From: an uncultured Acidobacteriota bacterium
GTDB lineage: Bacteria > Acidobacteriota > Terriglobia > UBA7540
DNA: 64,000 nucleotides
Reading direction: 5' to 3'
Assembly (NCBI GenBank): GCA_963804995.1
Contig: CAWDSK010000006.1
Span: 2,108,698-2,172,697 of the forward strand
Of the stretch, positions 42,604-51,443 are shown piece by piece. The stretch's first letter is position 1, and every line of letters starts with the position of its first letter. The notes under the pieces were generated by a model. It made no database searches, was not told the DNA's origin, and saw only the letters and a list, made by a program, of their open reading frames with translations. The translations under genes and the position numbers were made by a program.

Positions 42604-43215
42604 TTAGCGCGTCACTGTTACGTTGACGGTGGCCGATCCACCGGAAACCGAAACGGATTGCGTGGCAGGCTTGCCTTCCTCACTCCAGGTCTTCAGCGTG
42701 TAGCTGCCGTCGGGAACATCCTTGATTTCAAAATTGCCTTCCTTATCCGTCACGGCAAAATAAGGCGTAGGTACAACCACCACGTAGCCCGACATCTCCG
42801 GGTGCACGTTGCAGAGTAGCGAGGCGACCCCGAGATCGTTAAAGACGAACGATTTCTCCTGACCCTGTGGCCAGGTGCCCATATTGTGAGCAAGCTTTTT
42901 GTTGCCACTTATGGAGGGCCAGTAAACGTTGTGCCCCACCGGATCGCTGTTCAGGAATTGCACCGTCGTGCCCTTCAAGACGACCAGCACGTGGGGGATG
43001 AAGGTCATGTGCTTTTGGTCCGCCACCGCGGGCTTGTCGGGCGGAGTGAAGGTCTTGCCAGGAATGGCGTCAACATAGACGGCGATGTTCTCCGAAGACC
43101 GCATGCCTTGAGCCGTGACTTTGCCCTTGATTTCACCGGCGAAGCTGCTGCTCGCGAAACTGAGCGCGAGCGCCAACAAGGTAACTGCCAGAACTGTCTG
43201 TTTCGTGTTTCTCAT
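42604..43215 (-). CDS. Exported cupredoxin-like protein with carboxypeptidase-regulatory-like beta domain
   Basis: Signal peptide; HNV and CNVHPEM type-1 copper ligand pattern. Confidence 0.8.
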   Translation of the reverse strand: MRNTKQTVLAVTLLALALSFASSSFAGEIKGKVTAQGMRSSENIAVYVDAIPGKTFTPPDKPAVADQKHMTFIPHVLVVLKGTTVQFLNSDPVGHNVYWPSISGNKKLAHNMGTWPQGQEKSFVFNDLGVASLLCNVHPEMSGYVVVVPTPYFAVTDKEGNFEIKDVPDGSYTLKTWSEEGKPATQSVSVSGGSATVNVTVTR

Positions 43216-43260
43216 TTCTCTCCCTCTCTTACAGAATTTACGGCCCGCTGGGCAGGGCCC

Positions 43261-44715
43261 TTAAAACACATAGTCGAATCCAGTCTCAAAGCCATTTAAT
43301 CTGAAAAACTGGTTGCTGTTAGGAATCGGCTGCTGCCAGCGATAGTCATATTCAAAGTCCCATTTGATATTGGTCCGGATCAGGAACTGTAGCCCGGGGC
43401 TCAAACGGTTACGCGTGTTGAACCGAGACGCCGCATTCAGGAAATCGGTGGGCGAATTCACCATGTCGTACCTCATCTGAGCGATCAACCAGGGATACAC
43501 CCAGTAGTTCGATTGCACGAAGCCGCCGCTGAAAGTGACCGGGGCCGCCGGCGAGACGCCTGTGATCGTGCTGTTTTGCGTCAACAGCACATGGTTTTCG
43601 TCGTGACCGTACATCCCCAGCCCGTAGAGCTCAAACTGGCGGTATCTAAACCGAAAGTCGGCCCCGACCCGGTAGAATGGCTCGTGGATGTCGGGAATGG
43701 GAGATGATCCGGAGCTTAAGGTGATCGTACCGTCCGGAAAGAGGGCATTACGGCCGTAATAGTAGTAGGCGCCCAAACGAAACGAGGTGTGGTCGCGCGG
43801 ACCTGTGGGACCCGAGGCTTGCACCTCTTTGCGAACTCCCGGATCACGCTTGAGGTTAAAGACCTGCGAGACGCGCGCGTAAATGTCCTTCGAGTTGCGC
43901 ATTGCCGGGCCGTTGTTCGCGCCGTCTACCACCGCGACCGACCAGTTGAAGTTGCTGTCGTTCGGGTATCCCCCGATTTCAATCCCGCGTTGGGGGATGC
44001 CGAACATGAAGGGGTTGGTCGCGGTTCCCTGGGCACCGGCGATGCTGGCCTGGCTGTAGATGTCGTAGCCAGTCAGGTCAATGCTGCGCGCTTGGGTGAA
44101 GGGCAGGTCAAGTTCGAACTGGCCCATGCGGAAATTCAGCGCGTCTTTGGGCAGGCCAATGTAGTGTCCCAGATCGTTCACTTTGAGGTAGCCGTCACCC
44201 AGGCCCGCTGCAGCATTGGCGCCGCCGGCAGAGATATCGTTGTCAACCCAGAAGGACAGCCGCTCCCCGAGGCTGCCGGCCGCGATGATGGTGAACGTGT
44301 TGGGAACAAAGAGATCGGTGCGGGGGAGATACCCAATTGCCAACGGTTGCTTGCTGTTATACGTCGCCACTCCTGAATAACGGAAGCCGAGGGGAAGGCT
44401 CCCTGGAATCTCGCCAGGATAAATCGCTTTCGGGAAGGCCTCTTTTTGAGCCTTCGCGCCCAGCATCACAGGCGGTTCTTTCACGAAGAGCTCATCATCC
44501 TTCGGAAATTTGAATCCGTTCTTCTTGAAGGCCACCCCGAAATCGTTGAGCTCGGGGAAATCGTTGTGGCAGGTGGCGCATGAAGTTTGGTATTTGCGGG
44601 AGAAGGCGGGGATCCCATAAGACCGGCTTGCCCAAATCAGGGAAGAACAGACCAAAGCCGCAAATATGAAACTCATGACTATCGAAATCCAATGTGGTTT
44701 GTTCCAGGGGCGCAT
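43261..44715 (-). CDS. Cyc2-like cytochrome c/outer-membrane beta-barrel fusion
   Basis: Signal peptide then IPAFSRKYQTSCATCH..FPELNDFG..FKKNG; amphipathic beta strands; C-terminal FDYVF. Confidence 0.78.
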   Translation of the reverse strand: MRPWNKPHWISIVMSFIFAALVCSSLIWASRSYGIPAFSRKYQTSCATCHNDFPELNDFGVAFKKNGFKFPKDDELFVKEPPVMLGAKAQKEAFPKAIYPGEIPGSLPLGFRYSGVATYNSKQPLAIGYLPRTDLFVPNTFTIIAAGSLGERLSFWVDNDISAGGANAAAGLGDGYLKVNDLGHYIGLPKDALNFRMGQFELDLPFTQARSIDLTGYDIYSQASIAGAQGTATNPFMFGIPQRGIEIGGYPNDSNFNWSVAVVDGANNGPAMRNSKDIYARVSQVFNLKRDPGVRKEVQASGPTGPRDHTSFRLGAYYYYGRNALFPDGTITLSSGSSPIPDIHEPFYRVGADFRFRYRQFELYGLGMYGHDENHVLLTQNSTITGVSPAAPVTFSGGFVQSNYWVYPWLIAQMRYDMVNSPTDFLNAASRFNTRNRLSPGLQFLIRTNIKWDFEYDYRWQQPIPNSNQFFRLNGFETGFDYVF

Positions 44716-44987
44716 TGTGAGCGGCCTCCTCTCATCGTGCAGGGTCGAACTTTGGTTTAACGGTGAACTCTCCGAGTGCGATTCTCGGGGCGGTGGTGCT
44801 TCGGGGGGCGCGTGTCGTTCCGCATGTAATGGAACGTTTGCGGCGAATCGTTCGATTGATGGACCGTGTGCCATTTTGTTTTTGCTGAGAGGGGGAATTG
44901 CTAACCTCCCCCGAAAAAAATACCCGCAGCACCAATGAGGCTAAGTGATTGCGTGAGGTGGGATCAGTGATTGGCAAACATAGACAT

Positions 44988-45003
44988 TGTGACAGGCGTC
45001 ACA
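44988..45003. promoter_or_regulatory. CRP-type operator TGTGA-N6-TCACA
   Basis: tgtgacaggcgtcaca, perfect consensus, between redox operon and Crp/Fnr gene. Confidence 0.8.
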
Positions 45004-45141
45004 AGCAACGGTACAAAATGGACACAAAGTCCTACAACGCTCACATTTTTGCTTAATTAAGACTTAAAGTCCGCTCATGTGGAATTTTTCCTTTGGATAA
45101 TGTTGTGCCTTGCAACATAATAGCCCTAGCAAGGTGACCAG

Positions 45142-45888
45142 ATGCCCGTAGATACGCCACGCGGCCCCTACAATTTGAATGTCATTGAAAGCTGCTTCGG
45201 CTGCGTCACTAAAGAGGACGGCCTATTCTGTCAACTTCCTCAGGCGGCGTTGGCCACACTTAATAGTCTTCGCCAGAATGCCTTTTACCCCAAGGGTGCG
45301 TTGTTGTTTGTGGAAGGGCAACCGACTCGCGGGCTCTTCCTCATTTGTTCAGGCCAGGCGAAGCTCTACGTGAATTCGGCGGAGGGCCAGAGCCTCACGC
45401 TGCGCATCGTGGAACAAGGGGAAGTCCTCTGCCTAAGTTCTCTGATTGCGGACGAGCCCTACCCCGCCACTGCTGAAACCTTGTGTCCGAGCCAAGTGGG
45501 TTTCCTTCCCCGGCTCGCCTTCCTGCAGTTGATGCGCGCTCATCCCGATGTTTCCCTGCGCGTGGCCAAGCATCTGAGCATGGAAATCAGCAAAGCCTGG
45601 CAGCAGACGCGCATGCTGGCGCTGGCTCCGGATACGCACGCCAAACTCACTCAGTTCCTCCTCGGATGGGCAGACAAGCACAGCCAAGTTACTGATGACG
45701 GTTTGCGGATCACCCTGCATATGACGCATGAGGAAATCGCGCGCAACATTGGCGCCTCGCGCGAGAGCGTGAGCCGCATTCTCAGCGACTGGAAACACCG
45801 GGGAGTGATTCGTGTGAGCGGCGGGACGATTACCATCCTCCGACCTTTAGAACTCCAGAGCGCAACGGCGCCTTTGGCCACACCCTAA
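45142..45888 (+). CDS. Crp/Fnr family regulator with N-terminal Cys cluster
   Basis: CFGC-x8-C, cNMP-like domain, HTH THEEIA..IGASRESVSR. Confidence 0.92.
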   Translation: MPVDTPRGPYNLNVIESCFGCVTKEDGLFCQLPQAALATLNSLRQNAFYPKGALLFVEGQPTRGLFLICSGQAKLYVNSAEGQSLTLRIVEQGEVLCLSSLIADEPYPATAETLCPSQVGFLPRLAFLQLMRAHPDVSLRVAKHLSMEISKAWQQTRMLALAPDTHAKLTQFLLGWADKHSQVTDDGLRITLHMTHEEIARNIGASRESVSRILSDWKHRGVIRVSGGTITILRPLELQSATAPLATP

Positions 45889-46009
45889 ATATCTCCTCAT
45901 TCCTCAAAGGACCTGCTCAATTGTCTCCCTGGATTGCATCCGGACGCCTTTGTCTTCACGCCCTAAGGCAACACTCGTCTGGCCGGCCTACCCCGCCATG
46001 ATTGTGGAA

Positions 46010-48166
46010 TCAGCGCAAGACCGGGTAAGCTGCCGCAATGCTTTCGCCCTCGCGACGCAAGCCCAGCGTCAACTGGCCTGCCCTTCCGAGCGCCGCGTAG
46101 CCAGCCTGCGCGTAGCTATACTCGCGCTGCATTTCGCGTAGAAATACTTTGTTCCCAAGCGGCGACCGCATGTTTACCAACTGAACGGGACGTGGCGCCA
46201 AGGATGCTACTAAGTCCGGAAGATCGTATATTCCCAATACGCCTGGTATTATCGTGTCGAAGACCTGCCGGTGAATCGGGGTGCGTGCGATCGAAGCATA
46301 CGAGAGGAGGCCTTCTTCGATCACGATGCCCGCAATCCGCTGGTCCATCGCCGCGGCATGCAATAGGTCCACAGCAGCGAAGCCTTTTCCGAAACCCAGG
46401 CATTCACCATCGTAGAGTAGGCCTTTTTCGGCTAATAGATCGACACCGCGCAGAATGTCGTCCATGCGCAAGCCCACCAGCGGCCTGCCGACCATCAGCG
46501 CCAGCCACGTCACCTTCTCATGCCCGAACCAGGAGTTGGAGTCATCGGACCACTGTGAAGCTGTCTCACCTATACCGGAAGGATCCAACGCCAGTACCGC
46601 GTGACCGAGTTGCGCTAGTTGCTCGACATCCCCACCGGGCGCTGTTGCCGCGTCTTTGCCGCGTTCGTCCACATATATGATTGCTTTCTGGTGCGCCTTG
46701 CGCGGCTTTGGTTCCGCGAGCAGTGCCATGACCATGCGGTGTGGCCCTGCCTGGTACGTAAGATGCGTAAGGCAGTACCCCTTCCGCTCCGTTTCGTCCA
46801 GCACCTTCGCCTGCAGCGGCCCCTGCGACGCTTCATAACGTGTCAGTCGCACGATTTCCTCACGCAACCTAGCCTGAAGCCGGATCAACTCGCGTTTCCC
46901 AATAAGGGCGGGGCGGGGAGGAGCGAGCCTCGAAAACCGGCCCATGTTCAGCGTACTTACGGTTTCCCCTCCCAATGACGTGGAGACCTGACCGGTCGGT
47001 GTGCAAAGCATGTCTTCTTCATATTCCGTTTGGAACGCCGGCTCTGGCGAAATCTCTCCGTTCTGCCCCTTCAACCATCGGCTCATCCATGCATAGATCG
47101 CCTCGCGTTGTTTTTGGGTCGTGCCATGGGGGCCGGAATCGTAAGACGTTCAGATCTTCTCTTCCGCGCCCAGAAGAGAGTAAATGCGATGACTCTCCTG
47201 AAACGTGTTGCGCGACCCCGCGATCGGGAAGAAATCTTCAGTCGTGGAACATATGAGATACGGTTTGGGCGCAAACGCCTGCACCAAGTCGGCGTGGTTC
47301 AGCCCGTTCTTAAACTGATCCGGAAACTGCTGCTCGGCATCCTGCGGCCCGGTGCCCAAAAGCTGATCCTCCCAATCGGTGATATAGCATGAGGGGGCGG
47401 CAGCCTGGACCCGGTCGTCCAGCGCCGCCAAATATGCTGTAAGGGTGCCGCCACCTGAGCAACCCGAAATACCCACTCGCTTCGGATTGACATATGAGAG
47501 AGACTGCAGCAGGTCGATGCCGCGGACGCCATCCCAGATCATGTACCTGGCAATGCTCTCCCCGGCTAACAGGCATTGAATGCCTGCCATGTCGTGCTCC
47601 GTCGTCGTGCCACCCACCTTGGAATCGCCCAGCCCTGTATCGTAATAGATCCGGCGCTCTCCCTGCCCTAGGGGATCGTAGGTGAGCACGACGAAGCCAT
47701 TCTTCACCAGCCCCAAGCTGAGGGTCTGATAGAAGGCCCTCGCCTTGGCGGCCAAGCTGTGACCCGTAGGCTGAAGCACTGCGGGATACGGTGGCTCTCC
47801 CGTCTGCGGCACGTATAGGTTCGCAGTGACATAGAAGTTCGGCAGGCTCTGAAAGATGATTCTCTCAATGCGGTAATCTCCCCGATCGATCGTACCCATT
47901 TTCTGCACGTTCAGCGCAGACCGCTCCTCGGGCAGTCCACCCATCATCGCTAGGAGTAGGCGGCGTACCTCCGCCTTGCGCTTCTCAAACTGCTCAGGAG
48001 TCTGGATTTGGGATACCAGTTCCTTTCTCGATGCGAGTTGCTGCAATGCGATTCCCTGCAGATAGGACCGCAGCATCTCGGAGGGTGCGGGTTCTTGCGC
48101 CAGGGCCGGTGCGCTGAGGAGAAGTACCGCCACACCCAGCCGCGCGAGAAGTTTCGATTTTGACAT
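46010..48166 (-). CDS. Exported acetylxylan esterase-like hydrolase with in-frame TGA at 47150-47152
   Basis: GCSGGG nucleophile; both ORF halves are in the same frame (KI*TSYDSGPHG). Confidence 0.82.
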
Positions 48167-48329
48167 TCGTTTTCACCTCCTCAACAAGCCGAGCTTCATA
48201 TCAGATTGCGGGGTCCGCGGGTCCGTCGCACTCGTGATCCTCCCGAAGTTGGGGCTGGTGACGGTCACCAAATTGATAACCAAATTGGGATGACTCAAAA
48301 TGGTGCTGGCGGTACGTTACGGAATTGAT

Positions 48330-48405
48330 TGGTGGACCTGGGGAGGATCGAACTCCCGACCCCATGGTTGCAAACCATGTGCTCTCCCAGCTGAGCTACA
48401 GGCCC
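48330..48405 (-). tRNA. tRNA-Ala(TGC)
   Basis: Cloverleaf, anticodon TGC, G3:U70, encoded CCA. Confidence 0.97.
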
Positions 48406-48474
48406 ACGCAACACTCACTATCAGTGTGAAGGCGAATTCGTCAATCGTCAAGGGAGTTGGGTGCGATGGATATC

Positions 48475-48519
48475 TGGTGGGCCTGGGTAGAGTTGAACTA
48501 CCGACCTCACCCTTATCAG
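48475..48519 (-). repeat. att core: duplicated 3' 45 bp of tRNA-Ile
   Basis: Identical to 55670-55714. Confidence 0.95.
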
Positions 48520-48963
48520 TTGTCACCAGTGAATCTGTGAGGCGTGGTGAGAAGTGAATATCAGCCGCTATTTATGCGGGTGCGCTCGTAATGGGCCGTT
48601 GTGAGGCGAAGTGAGCGATTACCACGCGAATTTAACGAGGTGTGCACCAAAATGTGCACCAAATTTCTCTGCCCTGGAATGGTGCAACTGCGATGCGCTC
48701 TCGCGTGAGGGCTTAGTGTTTACCTTGCCTGATTCCTTCCGGCGCGTCCTAGGTCCAATGGTGGGCCACGGCGGGGCATTCTGGGCGATGACGTGGGGCG
48801 CATCCCGACTGAAAGCGGCGGGCCGGGGCACTCACAATCATTGTCCAAGGGCGGCTGGGTAGACCCCCTGATTCGCACGGACGGGGTTGAACCAAATTTT
48901 TTTTGTTGGCGTCTGCTCTCGCGCTGTCAGCCGCAGACCCGGCCCGTGTTAGTATTTGACTGT

Positions 48964-49380
48964 ATGCGAATCGAGGCTCTCAGGCAGTACCAGCGGCGGG
49001 GCGGGGATGGTTTCTACTTCCGAGAGTTGTCGCCATCGGCTCGGGAAGCGGCGCGGCAGTGGCTGAGGCGATTCGTTGATCGGTACCGGCGCCGAAATAA
49101 CGGCAGACCCGTACCTGGGTGGGTGTTTGCCATTTACGTGGGCCAAGCGAAGCGGCTCGCCTTGCATCCGCCTACTTCCGCCTGGGGCCGGTCGATGCTG
49201 GCGAAGCGAGGGGGGCACGCCGTGCAATGGCGATACCGACTTGAGGGCCGCCATCCCACGGAGAAAGCGACCCGCGTTCGAGAACTGCGACGGAAAGCGT
49301 TGTCACGCCAGCAAACGCCACGGCGGGCGGAGCAGGAATCCGACTATTACCGGAGCGTTTGGCCGAAGCTCGAATCATAG
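48964..49380 (+). CDS. Hypothetical Arg-rich protein
   Basis: 138-aa basic ORF within the element. Confidence 0.5.
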   Translation: MRIEALRQYQRRGGDGFYFRELSPSAREAARQWLRRFVDRYRRRNNGRPVPGWVFAIYVGQAKRLALHPPTSAWGRSMLAKRGGHAVQWRYRLEGRHPTEKATRVRELRRKALSRQQTPRRAEQESDYYRSVWPKLES

Positions 49381-49645
49381 ATTGCATGTAAACATTTTGC
49401 CGTAACCCGCTGCAACCGTGGAGTCCCGCTGTTGACAAAGCTATCCTCCATACCATCAGCCAATTATGCGGCTACAGAGCCCTTCAAGCCTCTCGGCTCC
49501 GGGTGCTCGCATACCACGAGCCCAAGCGGAACATGAGCACGCTCACGGGGCGCGGTTTAACAAGGGCACTACCAGCGATGGAGGTTCGAAACCCATCGTT
49601 ATCGAAAATGGACATCCTCATTTCGTTGAGTTCCTCAGCGCCCTA

Positions 49646-49921
49646 TTAGTTGGCTACCACCCAAAATTTGTGGTCAGTGAACCTCATGCACTGATAGAGC
49701 TTGAGGAGCTTTCCGCTGACATCGGTTTTGGTGGTTCCTGTGAAGTAGGCGCTGGAGCCGCAAACCGGGCACTTGACTTCCGCAGGAACCGGAGCTGCTA
49801 CTTCAACTCCGTGGGTCAATGGGAATCCGTAAGTGCCAGCAGTTGGCGTATGCGCAAAGACGACCCCGACGATTAGTCCCAATAGAAGCGTAACACTAGC
49901 AGTCTGAATTCGACGTTTCAT
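49646..49921 (-). CDS. Small exported protein with CPVC..C..H zinc-ribbon-like motif
   Basis: GGAG RBS, signal peptide MKRRIQ..VFA. Confidence 0.6.
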   Translation of the reverse strand: MKRRIQTASVTLLLGLIVGVVFAHTPTAGTYGFPLTHGVEVAAPVPAEVKCPVCGSSAYFTGTTKTDVSGKLLKLYQCMRFTDHKFWVVAN

Positions 49922-50076
49922 GGAATCTCCATTCGTAACGGACACTTTCCGCTTGCGGCCAAAGTTTACATTGATTCTTAATCACCTGCGTTCGCCTTCC
50001 TCTAGACCTCGGCATTGTATCTCTGGCGGAGGGGCGTTACCATCGGTCTGGTTTGGCGGTTCGGGGGGGGGTAGCC

Positions 50077-50901
50077 ATGGGCACATCGAACGGCGAGCAA
50101 GCCAAGGGCCTCGAAAGCAAGTGGTGGTACCGGCTTCTGAGGGTAATTCTCCTCCCGCTCTACGGGCTGGTTCTCCTTGTGGCCTTGTGGCTCATCTATA
50201 ACGGGGACCACCCTCGTAATCTTGTCGATGCTCAAAGAAGCCTGATCGTGTGCGATGATGGCAAGACCTATCCCGTCGCGGCGGTTTGGGCACCAGACAC
50301 TTTGGTTCCTGACGACCCATGGCGGAACCCACTGACACATATTGGGGACCAGCTTCGCTCTTGGAGAAATAGGGCGTTCAGAGAGGATGACATCCTCTCA
50401 ACCGGGGCTGTCCCCATACCTGGTGGGGCGATTATAGGCGGCGATGACAGCGCGGCCCGTAACTGGTGTAGCTACGGACAAGCTTCGATTCCAAGCGAGG
50501 GCCTCGTAACAGTACACATATCTGACGAGGGGGAAATCACGGGTGTGCCGATCGCTAGCACCAAAGGGGGCAGGCTTGACCCCGACCTGATGGCACGCTA
50601 CCAGCGGTGGCTGATTTCCCACTTAGTCCAAGTTCCTGCGCCACCGAAAGGTTACGTTCGGATTGATCCAAGAACCGGAGAACGGATTGCAGACGAAACG
50701 CTTCAATTTCAAGCGCTCCACAGTTACACGCTCAAGGCGGCGTTCAACACGGAGGGAAGCTGGGGCACGATGCTCTGGTACATGGCAATCGCTTGGCTGG
50801 TTATTCATCTCGCCTTCGTAGCAGTGCGCGGGGCAGTGCTATACGTGGCTGTGGGCACGTTTCTTCCCGTGCGAGGGCTTCGCGGTTGGTTGCTGCTGTG
50901 A
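50077..50901 (+). CDS. Hypothetical membrane protein, TM at both ends with extracytoplasmic loop
   Basis: LESKWWYRLLRV-TM ... TM-RGAVLYVAVG. Confidence 0.65.
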   Translation: MGTSNGEQAKGLESKWWYRLLRVILLPLYGLVLLVALWLIYNGDHPRNLVDAQRSLIVCDDGKTYPVAAVWAPDTLVPDDPWRNPLTHIGDQLRSWRNRAFREDDILSTGAVPIPGGAIIGGDDSAARNWCSYGQASIPSEGLVTVHISDEGEITGVPIASTKGGRLDPDLMARYQRWLISHLVQVPAPPKGYVRIDPRTGERIADETLQFQALHSYTLKAAFNTEGSWGTMLWYMAIAWLVIHLAFVAVRGAVLYVAVGTFLPVRGLRGWLLL

Positions 50902-50974
50902 GAGTCCCTAGTGCAGTGGGGCATACGCTGCGTCAAGGTTGCACTCGTGGAAGTGTGGTAAGGTAGCGGGAAGC

Positions 50975-51008
50975 AAAAAGCCCCGATGCCAGTCGGGGCC
51001 TTCGGTTT
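50975..51008. terminator. Putative intrinsic terminator
   Basis: aaaaagccccga-tgccag-tcggggc hairpin; U-tract on minus strand. Confidence 0.5.
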
Positions 51009-51182
51009 CGGGCTGACACTCGAACGCTAGCATAGGAGTGTGCCCGATGCAAACCAAAGTCAAGAATCAACTCACGGACGCAGAGGTACGCGAAGTGGCT
51101 GCCGAAGTTGTTCCGCTCGTCCTCAGCCGCACTAGGAGTTATCGTGCATTTAACGGCGTGTTGCGTGTCGCACGCGCCTCCG

Positions 51183-51314
51183 TCAGCGGCGGTTCTCTAG
51201 TTCCTTCGGGAGACGGTTTATTGCTGTCTCAATCTTCTTCAGTCGTTCCAAAATCTCGCTCAGCAGCCTGACAATGTTATCGAGATAGCCCTCATACTCG
51301 CCCTCTTCGGACAT
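51183..51314 (-). CDS. Small coiled-coil hypothetical protein
   Basis: MSEEGEYEGYLDNIVRLLSEILERLKKIE.., AGGGG RBS. Confidence 0.45.
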   Translation of the reverse strand: MSEEGEYEGYLDNIVRLLSEILERLKKIETAINRLPKELENRR

Positions 51315-51443
51315 AGTGTGTTCCCCTTTCAGGCAGATGTGCGTAACCTTGCCCGTGATGAATGGGTCGGCATAAGGTATGCGAAGCGGCGTGCAAAGGC
51401 AAGGTGGCGCTGAGATTTGCGGGAACAAGAATGCACTCAGTGT

